Positions 1 through 9,546 of a stretch of DNA of 64,000 nucleotides are shown here, piece after piece (position 1 is the stretch's first letter; every line of letters starts with the position of its first letter). The notes below the pieces were generated by a model. The model saw only the letters and a list, made by a program, of their open reading frames with translations. It had not been told where the DNA came from and did no database searches. The position numbers and the translations under genes were made by a program. Location: assembly GCA_964388715.1 (NCBI GenBank), contig CAYMBN010000005.1:3434-67433 (forward strand). Reading direction: 5' to 3'. The DNA comes from an uncultured Methanosarcinales archaeon. GTDB lineage: Archaea > Nanobdellota > Nanobdellia > Woesearchaeales > CAYMBN01.

Positions 1-1336
1 CTGCAACAAATGTCTTAAACCATATTAATAAAGGCACATCAAATTTCAAATGTTTTCTTAGGAAATATACACTAAGACAAACCATTATAAAAAATGAGAA
101 AAACGTTGTAATAGCAGCACCAAGTATTCCTAAAAATGGAATTAAAATAAAATTAGATATTATATTAAAAATTAATGCAGCTAAAAGAATTAATGAATTC
201 AATTTAGGCTTACCAATGCCAGATAATACACTCAAGTTTATCCTAGATATTGTTACCATTATTATACCTAATGAAAGTATTCTTAAAACATTTGATGCCG
301 CAATATAATTAACTCCAAAAAATATATTTAATATAATTTCTGGAAAACAAACCATAATTAAAATAAAAGGAAATATAATAATTAGAGAATATTTATACAA
401 CATGTACATCCCATCTTTAAGTTTATCAAAACTTCCAGACGCCCAAAGCTCAGAAGACATTGGAAATATAACAGTCATCAAAGCAACACTAAAATAACCA
501 AGTATTAAAGCAGTAGGTAAAGCAACATTATACAATCCAACTGCTTCAAGCCCTTTAAAATAACTAATCATAATAGAATCAATATTTCCAAGCGCAACAA
601 CACCAACAACTGTAAACAAAGTAGGTATACTAAATGCAAACAATTTCTTTATTAAGAAAGAATCATATACTAGTTTAGATTTCCAAAATCCGATTGGCAG
701 TATCCTTCTCAAAATAATTGGAATAAATAATAAGGAAATAAACACAGGCATAAGAATATATGACATAACAGGAGCTAACACATTCAAATTTATCCTTAGC
801 ATAAAATATGCAAAAATTAAAACAAAGGTTGTTCTTGAGAAATCAAGCATTGCATAATAATTGAGCCTTTGAAAACCTTGTAGTATTGAAATTAAAATAC
901 TCATTATAGATTGTAATATAAAGTATATTGAGAATAGTTTAAGCAAAAAAGCTGAATCAGGATTATGAAAAAGTGTTAAAGATAAATAATTAGAGAAAAC
1001 AAATAATAACACTGCTAACACAATCGCAAACAAAATATTAAACAAAAAAACAAACACAACCATATTTTTCATTGAATTATATTTATTTTTAACTTGAAAC
1101 TCAGGAATAAATTTAACTAATGCTTGCCCAAGTCCAAGGTCCTTAAACACTAATAAAAAAGACACAAAAGCAAACATTGCATAAAACAAACCAAAATCAG
1201 CTTTAGTCAATTTATTTGCTAACAATAATCTAAGAAGATAACCTAAAACACCTGCAGCTATTGAAAAGACAAATATCATCCCAGTACTTCTAACAGCTTT
1301 TTTTGTGTAATTAGTTGTGTAGTCAGTCATTTTCAT
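1..1336 (-). CDS. Wzx/MOP-family oligosaccharide flippase (3' end runs off the window)
   Basis: Not in the ORF track. Manual translation from ATG at 1336 gives MKMTDYTTNYTKKAVRSTGMIFVFSIAAGVLGYLLRLLLANKL...DFGLFYA, then many TM segments with VGLYNVALP and IFPMSSELW, typical of flippases. AAGGA lies upstream. Confidence 0.85.
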   Translation of the reverse strand, partial: MKMTDYTTNYTKKAVRSTGMIFVFSIAAGVLGYLLRLLLANKLTKADFGLFYAMFAFVSFLLVFKDLGLGQALVKFIPEFQVKNKYNSMKNMVVFVFLFNILFAIVLAVLLFVFSNYLSLTLFHNPDSAFLLKLFSIYFILQSIMSILISILQGFQRLNYYAMLDFSRTTFVLIFAYFMLRINLNVLAPVMSYILMPVFISLLFIPIILRRILPIGFWKSKLVYDSFLIKKLFAFSIPTLFTVVGVVALGNIDSIMISYFKGLEAVGLYNVALPTALILGYFSVALMTVIFPMSSELWASGSFDKLKDGMYMLYKYSLIIIFPFILIMVCFPEIILNIFFGVNYIAASNVLRILSLGIIMVTISRINLSVLSGIGKPKLNSLILLAALIFNIISNFILIPFLGILGAAITTFFSFFIMVCLSVYFLRKHLKFDVPLLIWFKTFVA

Positions 1337-1389
1337 AATTTCCTTTTATATCTTAATAACCTTTTATAAGTTAATAAGTTTTTATAATT

Positions 1390-3297
1390 TCATAATATTT
1401 TAAACACAGTTACACCCTTATTTGAATAAGCAATATTAAAATGTTCTGAATTCTGAATCTGATTAATTCTCTCTGGTAAAAGTTCTAATGTTTTATTCTG
1501 TCCTGAAAATACAGTATGATACCTAGTTGACATCTGCCCTATAATAAGATAATCATATTTTTCCTTTTTTAATAATCCATAAAGTTGATTCGCGTCAAAA
1601 TCAAGTATATTATATCTTAAGTTAAGTGTTGTTTCACAATAACTACACATATTTTTATCATAACCAGTAACAAACTCTGGTATTGATGAGTAATCAAAAA
1701 CTTTAGTACCAATTGGTAAACTCTTTAACCAAAGATAGCCTTCAAACTCGTCTTGTGAACTCCATGCAGCACCACCTGGCCATGATGAAGTGTTTAATCT
1801 ATATTTCTGGATTCCAGCAGTCATAAACACTAAAATTATCAATATCAAAACAATTCCTAATTTCAAAAACTTACTTTTACCAAAACCTAAAATCAATGAA
1901 AATCCTAGTGAAGACAACAACACAACAGGAATTGCAAACAACATCCAAAATCTCCATGCAATCAATCCAAAAGGAAGATGAAATGTCATAGAGTTCATAC
2001 CTAAAAAAGTAAAAATAAACCAACCTAAACTAATTGTAATCCACTGATTCTTCTTCAAAACAGATTTGTATAAAACTAAAACATAAACAAGTCCTAAAAC
2101 TAATAAAATAAAAATTAACATGCCCAAACCAGGCTGATTATTAATCAAACCTTGAGACTGAGCAAAAAAATAATCTTTAAACACATAAGCTCTTGTAGCA
2201 GTTCCACCATCATAAGGAAAAGCTGTTTTCAATCTTAAAAACAAACTCTGAAAAAAACCAGTTGAAACAGCACCTTGCGAAATAGCTTCTTCTAACCTTC
2301 TTCCACCACCAGCTTTCAACATCCCACCAATTTTATTAAACCACCAAAATAATGATAAAACCAATGCACATACAAAAGCTTTTGTTTGATTAATAACTAA
2401 CTTTCGGGTATAAAAAGATTTTACAACAAGATAAATTATAATCAAACCAGACAATTTAATTGCTTGTGTTGGTTGAATAACAAAAATACTAGCCACAGAT
2501 AATAAGGCTGGTATTAACCATAATTTTTCCTTCCCACACCTTTCTAAACAATATAATGATACAAAAAATACAATTAATATTAATGAATGCGACCATATAA
2601 AATGTGTAAGAAAACATGGAACCATCAATAACAGAAATGTTGATATTAACGCTCTTTTTTTATTATTCATGAATTCTTTAGCAAAAAAATAGAAAAATAG
2701 AATTGATAGCGCAACAAAAATAGAATTAAAAAACTTCAAAGTCCACATCAAAGATCCAGATGTTTGATATAAAATTGCAAGTACAAAACTATATCCAGGA
2801 GGATAAGGATCAATATATTGATAAAGTTCTTTGCCCTCAAATGGTTCAACAAGACTTTTCTGTTCAGCTATATACTTAACACCCACTGCATATGTCCAAG
2901 GATCATCATCCTCAAAATGTGGATACAAAAATGCCCCTTTTAGACTTACGAATAAAGATATTGCAAACATTAACAAAACAATAATTATAAATATCTCACT
3001 TTTCTTTATACCTTTACCAAAAGTAACATGGTAAAAACCATTCAGAACCGATTTATAATTTTTAAAAAAATAAAAAACAGGAATAATCAAACTAATAACA
3101 AGTATTACTTTCCAATCAATAGGAATACGTAGAGAAGATAAAATAACCCCTAATATAGATAAAATACTTAATCCAATTCCAAATCGCATAATATGTTTTT
3201 CATACTTATTTTCATATATAGATTTAACAAAGAAATCAAGACTAAACCCAATCCCATAACAATACACAAAAAACAAAATTATTGTAATAATATTCAT
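1390..3297 (-). CDS. Multi-TM GT-C fold (PMT/ArnT-like) glycosyltransferase
   Basis: Many TM helices; acidic EDDDPW loop after the N-terminal TMs; YPPG motif; soluble C-terminal domain; glycan-locus context. Confidence 0.65.
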   Translation of the reverse strand: MNIITIILFFVYCYGIGFSLDFFVKSIYENKYEKHIMRFGIGLSILSILGVILSSLRIPIDWKVILVISLIIPVFYFFKNYKSVLNGFYHVTFGKGIKKSEIFIIIVLLMFAISLFVSLKGAFLYPHFEDDDPWTYAVGVKYIAEQKSLVEPFEGKELYQYIDPYPPGYSFVLAILYQTSGSLMWTLKFFNSIFVALSILFFYFFAKEFMNNKKRALISTFLLLMVPCFLTHFIWSHSLILIVFFVSLYCLERCGKEKLWLIPALLSVASIFVIQPTQAIKLSGLIIIYLVVKSFYTRKLVINQTKAFVCALVLSLFWWFNKIGGMLKAGGGRRLEEAISQGAVSTGFFQSLFLRLKTAFPYDGGTATRAYVFKDYFFAQSQGLINNQPGLGMLIFILLVLGLVYVLVLYKSVLKKNQWITISLGWFIFTFLGMNSMTFHLPFGLIAWRFWMLFAIPVVLLSSLGFSLILGFGKSKFLKLGIVLILIILVFMTAGIQKYRLNTSSWPGGAAWSSQDEFEGYLWLKSLPIGTKVFDYSSIPEFVTGYDKNMCSYCETTLNLRYNILDFDANQLYGLLKKEKYDYLIIGQMSTRYHTVFSGQNKTLELLPERINQIQNSEHFNIAYSNKGVTVFKIL

Positions 3298-3334
3298 TTA
3301 AAGCACCTTTTATAACATATTTTATAACAATTCT

Positions 3335-4540
3335 TTATAATGAATTGTATACTTGCCTAAACCCTTTAACCATTTTGTTTTTGTTAAACCTCTTTTTTGC
3401 AAAAGAGTTATTCTCTTTTTCAAATTTGTTTGTTATATTTGAATTTTTTAATAATTTTAATATAATTGATGAAAATTTATCAACACTATAATCAACAGCC
3501 ACACCAATACCCTTAATTATTAACTCATCTAAAGGCCTAATATTACTAACTATTAAAGGTTTTCCTAGTGAAAGAGCCTCTACAAGTGCTAAAGGAACTT
3601 CTAAACGCGCTGCTGCAGCCTTCTTTGTAGGAAAAATACAAACATCACATACATTTAACAACCTTGGAAAATTATCTACAGTCCCTAAAATAATTACATT
3701 ATTTTCAATATTTCTTAGCTTAAGCTTCTCAACGAATCTTTTTTTATGTTTAATATCCTCAGGATTCCTAATTCTAAAAGGCAAGATAAATTTAACATTT
3801 GAAGATTCATTTGATACCTTCTTAATTATATCAACAAGATAATTTTCAGAATCAGATGAAACTAAAGAATTAAAATCACCAGGGAATAACACTATTTTTT
3901 CTTTTTCAATATCTAATTTCCTCCTTACATCGGAAAACTCCTGTTTAGAAAAACTAAACTCACGTGCTGCAGGATATATACATTCAACATTTTTAACTCC
4001 CTTTTTCATAAGAAATTGTTTTGAATATTCTGAAAAAACCGTAACTTTATCACCAAAAAAAAGATCCTTTATTTTTCCACCATTTCCTAGGAACTTTTTA
4101 TTTTTATAAATCAAATTATGAACCGAAGTAACTGTCTGTACTACTTTTTTTCCTTTAAAAAGTTTTTTAAAAATCCCTAAAAACCTAATTTGTGGAGTAA
4201 AAAACAAATGAACAACATCAACATTTTTCCTTAAAAAAAGACTGTTTAAGAATATAAGAAATTTATGAAAAATGCCACTTGTATGATATTTTTGATAATA
4301 AAAAGCAAGATTTACAAGCTTAAGATTTCTATTTTCTTTAGAAAAAGAAAAATCATTTTTTGCAGTAAAAAGAGTAAATTTAATATTTGGACAACCCCTC
4401 ACAACTTCATACACAATATTTTTCACACCTTCATCCAAGGGTAGCACCATAGGTAAAAGAGTAATAATAAATACTTTCTTTTTCTTCATACTTTTTGATA
4501 CTAACGTCATATCTTCCCCCTCTGCTAAAAGAGTCCTCAT
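3335..4540 (-). CDS. GT4 family glycosyltransferase
   Basis: C-terminal CDVCIFP...EVPLALVEALSLGKPLIVS (ExxxxxxxE). The true start may be a downstream Met. Confidence 0.85.
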   Translation of the reverse strand: MRTLLAEGEDMTLVSKSMKKKKVFIITLLPMVLPLDEGVKNIVYEVVRGCPNIKFTLFTAKNDFSFSKENRNLKLVNLAFYYQKYHTSGIFHKFLIFLNSLFLRKNVDVVHLFFTPQIRFLGIFKKLFKGKKVVQTVTSVHNLIYKNKKFLGNGGKIKDLFFGDKVTVFSEYSKQFLMKKGVKNVECIYPAAREFSFSKQEFSDVRRKLDIEKEKIVLFPGDFNSLVSSDSENYLVDIIKKVSNESSNVKFILPFRIRNPEDIKHKKRFVEKLKLRNIENNVIILGTVDNFPRLLNVCDVCIFPTKKAAAARLEVPLALVEALSLGKPLIVSNIRPLDELIIKGIGVAVDYSVDKFSSIILKLLKNSNITNKFEKENNSFAKKRFNKNKMVKGFRQVYNSL

Positions 4541-4629
4541 GATTTATAAAGCTTATGTTAAAACAGAAAAGATTATAAATTCACATCCAATTATATAAAT
4601 CTAAGAAGAATAAACAAAGAATTAACAAA

Positions 4630-5817
4630 ATGATATCAAAAATAAAACCATATTACAATCTAAAGGAAATAAAACAAACACTATTTAATCTAGATAAGGA
4701 TATAATCAACAAATTTGAAGAAAAATTTGCTAAAAAAACAAATTCAAAATTTGCAATCTCAAGCGCATATGGAAGAACAAGCTTATTTTCTTTTCTCACA
4801 ACCCAAAATATCAAAAAACAAAACATAGCTATTCCAGCATTTACTTGTATTGTAGTTCCAAACACAATAATAAGATCAAATAACAACCCATTGTTTATTG
4901 ATATTTCTCTAAAAGATTATAACATGGACTTAAACAAAAACAAGGAATCACAAACAACCAAAATCATAATGGCCACACATATGTATGGTTATCCAATGAA
5001 TATAAAAAAAATAAAAGAATCATCAAAAGTAAAAGATCAAATTATTATAGAGGATGCTTGCTTAGCTCCTTTAGCAAAAGATGTTGGAAAACATAGTGAT
5101 TGTTGTTTTTATTCTCTTAACATTAACAAACATATGTGCTGCTTTGATGGAGGAATGCTTACTACAAACAATCAAGAAACATATCAAAAAGTTAAAGCTT
5201 TTCAATCAAAAAACTTCAAAAAAACTTCAATATTAAATAAACAAAGAAAAAAACTATGGTTTATTGTATCATATTGTTTTTTTAATAATATTCCTTATAG
5301 CTTAATTTACAGATTATATAATAACTCAAAAATATTTAGAAAAAAGATTAGCAATTGGAATATTGAAAAAATAAACATGCCCAAAGATTTCAAAACTTTA
5401 CTAACAAAATTCCAAGCTAGATTAGGCTTAGCTCAATTAGAAAAGCTAGAAAAAAACATAGAAAAAAGAAAAGCAATTGTAAAAGTATATGATAAAACAA
5501 TCAAAAATAACAACATTATCAAACCACCATTAATAAAAGGAGCTGTTTATTCACATTATACAATAAGAATCAAAAACAGAGAAAACCTGATAAAATATCT
5601 TGAAAAAAAAGGTATTGGAATTGGGAGAAGCTTTGATTTTGATTATTCTATACCTTCTCTTAAAATATATAATAAATACAATCAAAACAACAAAAATTAT
5701 CCAAATTCAAACATTGCAGCCAAACAAGTTGTTAACCTACCAATAAGAGCAAATCTTAAGCTAAAACAAGCTATGTTTGTATCTAATTGCCTTAATGAAT
5801 ACACTGTTTCTAATTAA
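4630..5817 (+). CDS. DegT/DnrJ/EryC1/StrS PLP-dependent sugar aminotransferase
   Basis: PAFTC, THMYG, IIEDAC, SLNINKH (PLP lysine), DGGML, YPNS..A...VNLP. Confidence 0.85.
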   Translation: MISKIKPYYNLKEIKQTLFNLDKDIINKFEEKFAKKTNSKFAISSAYGRTSLFSFLTTQNIKKQNIAIPAFTCIVVPNTIIRSNNNPLFIDISLKDYNMDLNKNKESQTTKIIMATHMYGYPMNIKKIKESSKVKDQIIIEDACLAPLAKDVGKHSDCCFYSLNINKHMCCFDGGMLTTNNQETYQKVKAFQSKNFKKTSILNKQRKKLWFIVSYCFFNNIPYSLIYRLYNNSKIFRKKISNWNIEKINMPKDFKTLLTKFQARLGLAQLEKLEKNIEKRKAIVKVYDKTIKNNNIIKPPLIKGAVYSHYTIRIKNRENLIKYLEKKGIGIGRSFDFDYSIPSLKIYNKYNQNNKNYPNSNIAAKQVVNLPIRANLKLKQAMFVSNCLNEYTVSN

Positions 5818-5900
5818 ATATAACCCAATTCAAAAAAGCAAAAAATATATAAAGAGATACATAATTCTATGTATGGGGTAAAATAACAAATTAACCAAAA

Positions 5901-6230
5901 ATGAAAAACAGAACTACAATACAATTATCAGAGGACCTTAGAAAAAAGTTAAGAACATTAGCTGCAAAAAGAGATATCTCTTATCAAAAATTATTATCAG
6001 ACATGATATCTGTCTTCAAAGAGGTTGACAAAGACAAAACAATAATCTCAATTCCATCTAAACTAGCTGACAAACTTCAACAAAACATAATCAAATCGGA
6101 TTTTAACACATTAAGTGAATATGTTACATTCTTACTTAGATTACTTTTATATGAAGATACAACTTCAAAAAAAGTAAATAACGAAGAAAAAATTCGAACA
6201 AGATTAAAAAAATTGGGATATATTGGGTGA
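5901..6230 (+). CDS. Double ribbon-helix-helix (CopG-like) protein with C-terminal RLKKLGY tail
   Basis: Two RHH-like units (RTTIQLSEDLRKKL; IISIPSKLADKL...SEYVTFLLR); ends EEKIRTRLKKLGYIG. Confidence 0.65.
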   Translation: MKNRTTIQLSEDLRKKLRTLAAKRDISYQKLLSDMISVFKEVDKDKTIISIPSKLADKLQQNIIKSDFNTLSEYVTFLLRLLLYEDTTSKKVNNEEKIRTRLKKLGYIG

Positions 6231-6234
6231 TACT

Positions 6235-7032
6235 ATGAATCATTTAGACGAACTTGAAAGCAAATCCATTTTTATAATAAGGGAAGCATATAAACAATTC
6301 AAAAAAGTAGCTTTGCTTTGGTCAATAGGCAAAGATTCAAGCTGCCTTCTTTGGCTTGTTAGAAAGGCTTTCTATGGTAAAATTCCTTTTCCAGTAGTAC
6401 ATATTGATACAAGTTACAAATTTAAATCAATGATTGAATGGAGAGATGAATATGCAAAAAAATGGAATCTAAACCTAATTGTTGGAAGAAATGAAGAAGC
6501 TATCAAAGCAGGAATGGGACCAAAAAATAAATTAGCTTGTTGTACTGCATTAAAAACAGATGCACTCAAGCAAGTTATTGAAAAATACAAATTCAGAGCA
6601 TTATTTTTAGGAATAAGAAGAGATGAACATGGAGTAAGAGCAAAGGAAAGAGTTTTCTCCCCAAGAAACATTGATTTTAAATGGGATTATAAAAATCAAC
6701 CACCAGAATTATGGGATCAATATAAAGCAAAAGCAGAGGAAGAAGAACATATAAGAGTTCATCCAATGTTACATTGGACAGAGTTAGATATTTGGTTATA
6801 CATTAGAAGAGAAAAAATACCTATTATCCCACTATATTTTTCAAAAAATGGAAAACGTTACAGAAGCATTGGATGTGAATGTTGTTGCTGCCCTATTGAT
6901 TCAGATGCTACTGATATTGACAAGGCAATCGAAGAATTAAAAACAACAAAACAAGGTGAAAGAGCTGGAAGAGCACAAGACAAAGAAGAAGCTAATGCAA
7001 TGCAAAAATTAAGAGCATTAGGTTATATGTGA
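6235..7032 (+). CDS. cysD: Sulfate adenylyltransferase subunit 2
   Basis: MNHLDELESKSIFIIREA, WSIGKDS PP-loop, HIDT, GIRRDE..RAKER.FS.R, WDYKNQPPELW, YRSIGC. ATG at 6235 follows GGTGA. Confidence 0.92.
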   Translation: MNHLDELESKSIFIIREAYKQFKKVALLWSIGKDSSCLLWLVRKAFYGKIPFPVVHIDTSYKFKSMIEWRDEYAKKWNLNLIVGRNEEAIKAGMGPKNKLACCTALKTDALKQVIEKYKFRALFLGIRRDEHGVRAKERVFSPRNIDFKWDYKNQPPELWDQYKAKAEEEEHIRVHPMLHWTELDIWLYIRREKIPIIPLYFSKNGKRYRSIGCECCCCPIDSDATDIDKAIEELKTTKQGERAGRAQDKEEANAMQKLRALGYM

Positions 7033-7038
7033 TAAAAA

Positions 7039-7371
7039 GTGATTAAGACAAGAGATAAAAAAAGAAGAACCATTGTAAAAACCCTTACTTGGAGAGTAAT
7101 TGCAACACTTGTAACTATTGAAGCACTTTATTTAATTAGTGATGATATATGGATCTCAATTGTTGTTGGCCTAGCTATTAACTTTATCAAATCTATTTTA
7201 TATTTTGTCCATGAGAGATTATGGGAACATATTGGATGGGGTAGAAAAAAACATCCACTGTCAAATATATTAATAAATAATCCATTAAAAAAAGAAGATG
7301 AAAAAATTATAAAAAATAAACTTAGAGAATTAGGATATTTTGGAGGAAGTTTTCAAAATGAACCAAGATAA
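7039..7371 (+). CDS. DUF2061-like small membrane protein with C-terminal KLRELGY
   Basis: [14 protein letters not shown]...[15 protein letters not shown] matches the DUF2061 pattern; the family often sits next to cys genes. Confidence 0.8.
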   Translation: MIKTRDKKRRTIVKTLTWRVIATLVTIEALYLISDDIWISIVVGLAINFIKSILYFVHERLWEHIGWGRKKHPLSNILINNPLKKEDEKIIKNKLRELGYFGGSFQNEPR

Positions 7372-8590
7372 TTTCAAATTTGTAATAGTAGGACACATTG
7401 ACCATGGCAAATCAACATTAATAGGAAGATTACTTTTTGATACAAACTCATTACCAGAAGGAAAAATAGAAGAAATCAAAGCAATATGTACATCATTAGG
7501 AAAAGATTTAGAATTTGGTTATGTTATGGATAATCTTGAAGAAGAACGTGATCAAAACATTACAATTGATACTGCACAAATATTTTTTAGAACCAAAAAA
7601 AGAGAATATACTATTATTGATGCCCCTGGACATGTTGAGTTTGTAAAAAACATGATTACAGGTGCTTCACAAGCAGAAGCAGCAATATTAATAGTTGATG
7701 CTGATGAAGGGGTACAAGAACAAACAAGAAGACATTCTTATATCTTAAGTATGCTTGGTTTAAAACAAGTTATTGTCGTAATGAACAAAATGGACCTCAC
7801 TAATTACAATGAAGAAAGATTTCATAATGTAAAAGAAGAATTAATTAAATTTTTAGATAGTATAAACATAAAACCAACTTACATTATTCCAATATCTGCA
7901 AAACAAGGAGATTTTGTTGCAAAAAAAACAGAAAATATGCCTTGGTACAATGGCTTAACTGTATTAGAAGCACTTGATACATTTGAAGCCAATGAATCAA
8001 ACAACAAAAAACCATTAAGATTTTGTGTTCAGGATGTTTACAAATGGGATAAAAGAATCATAGCTGGTAGAGTTGAATCAGGAATACTAAAAAAAGATAG
8101 TGAGGTTACCATCTTACCATCTAATGAAAAAACAATAATAGAAAGTGTTGAAGAATTTTTAAAACAAGACATCAACGAAGCAGAATCTGGAAAATCAACT
8201 GGTATAGTTACAAAAGATAAAGTTTTTGTTGATAGAGGAAATATAATTTGTGAACCAAATAATTTACCAACAGTTACAAATCAGTTTAAAGCACATATTT
8301 TTTGGATGAGTAAAGAACCTTTGAAAAAAGGAGAAAGAGTATTTTTAAAATGTTCAACTCAAAATACAATATGTGAAATTAAAGATTTTGTAAGAATACT
8401 TAACTCCTCAACTCTGGAAGTAAAACAGAATAATAAACAAATAGAAAACAGAGAAGTAGCAGATGTAATAATTAAAACAGATAAACCAATTGTAGTAGAA
8501 AATTTTAATAAAGTTGAAGAATTAGGAAGGTTTGTATTAGAAAGACTTAACACATGTGCAGGAGGAATCATTACAGAGGTTGAAGAATGA
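7358..8590 (+). CDS. cysN: Sulfate adenylyltransferase subunit 1 (CysN-type GTPase, no fused APS kinase)
   Basis: [28 protein letters not shown]; follows cysD; ATG at 7358 follows GGAGG; ends after domain III. Confidence 0.88.
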   Translation: MNQDNFKFVIVGHIDHGKSTLIGRLLFDTNSLPEGKIEEIKAICTSLGKDLEFGYVMDNLEEERDQNITIDTAQIFFRTKKREYTIIDAPGHVEFVKNMITGASQAEAAILIVDADEGVQEQTRRHSYILSMLGLKQVIVVMNKMDLTNYNEERFHNVKEELIKFLDSINIKPTYIIPISAKQGDFVAKKTENMPWYNGLTVLEALDTFEANESNNKKPLRFCVQDVYKWDKRIIAGRVESGILKKDSEVTILPSNEKTIIESVEEFLKQDINEAESGKSTGIVTKDKVFVDRGNIICEPNNLPTVTNQFKAHIFWMSKEPLKKGERVFLKCSTQNTICEIKDFVRILNSSTLEVKQNNKQIENREVADVIIKTDKPIVVENFNKVEELGRFVLERLNTCAGGIITEVEE

Positions 8591-9333
8591 TTATTGTTTT
8601 AGCTGTTGATGCTTTAGAATTTAATAAAGTTGAAGAATTTAATTGTAGAAACCTTAAACAAGAATATTTTGGAAAAACAAACATTTCTGAATTTTCTCAA
8701 CCAAGAACAATGGTACTTTGGAGTTCATTTATGACTGGCCAAAATAAGGAAAAAGATGTCCTAAGTAATGGGAACAAAGAAATGTGGAACAAAAAATGGG
8801 ATATAAAAGAAACATTATTCTCAAACTTCCAAAACCCCATAATACTTGACCTCCCTGGATTCTCTTATAACCTAAAATCTCATGAAAAATCAAGAGAATT
8901 GCTCAAAGCTTTCTTTGAAACAGAAAATCCTGAGGAAAAACAAAAAATTAAAAATCAATATAACCAAGATGCATTTGAACATCATAAAAAAATAAAAAAA
9001 CAATTCCTTGAAACACTAAAATCAAACCAATACGACTTTGTTTTAGGTTATTTTAGTATTATTGATGTAATTGGACATTTAAACTTTGGAAACACAACCC
9101 TAATGAAAATGTTATATAAGGATATTGATGAAATTGCAGATGAAATAAGAAAAATACCAAATATTAAGCTGATTATACTATCTGATCATGGAATGAAAGC
9201 AATAGGTATGTTTGGAGATCACTCAGAATATGGCTTTTGGAGCACAAACTTTAAAAAGCTTGAGAATCCACAGATAACAGACTTTGCTAATATCATAACT
9301 GAATGTAAAAATGAAAATCAAAATCAAGGATGA
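8587..9333 (+). CDS. Short alkaline-phosphatase-superfamily (NPP-like) protein
   Basis: [26 protein letters not shown] and GDHS metal/nucleophile motifs. Confidence 0.75.
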   Translation: MIIVLAVDALEFNKVEEFNCRNLKQEYFGKTNISEFSQPRTMVLWSSFMTGQNKEKDVLSNGNKEMWNKKWDIKETLFSNFQNPIILDLPGFSYNLKSHEKSRELLKAFFETENPEEKQKIKNQYNQDAFEHHKKIKKQFLETLKSNQYDFVLGYFSIIDVIGHLNFGNTTLMKMLYKDIDEIADEIRKIPNIKLIILSDHGMKAIGMFGDHSEYGFWSTNFKKLENPQITDFANIITECKNENQNQG

Positions 9334-9520
9334 AATAATAAAGAAAATACAAGATAGAATTAAAGATAATGATGAATTCAACAATGTAGAAGATTATATT
9401 AATTACATTCTTAAACAAGTTATAGAAAAATTAAACAAAAAAAACACAGACAAATCAACCTATTCAAAAAGAGATGAAGATAAAATAAAACAAAGACTAA
9501 AAAGTCTTGGTTACATGTAA
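9311..9520 (+). CDS. Small CopG/RHH-like protein with C-terminal RLKSLGYM
   Basis: [13 protein letters not shown]...VEDYINYILK resembles RHH; ends DEDKIKQRLKSLGYM. Confidence 0.7.
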   Translation: MKIKIKDEIIKKIQDRIKDNDEFNNVEDYINYILKQVIEKLNKKNTDKSTYSKRDEDKIKQRLKSLGYM

Positions 9521-9546
9521 ATATTACATAAAAATAGGTAATCACT

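Noticed and set aside
7340..8590. EF-1alpha or SelB call for the GTPase
   Set aside because: The position after cysD and the [10 protein letters not shown] / [10 protein letters not shown] / HSYI..MLG / PWY.G motifs fit CysN.
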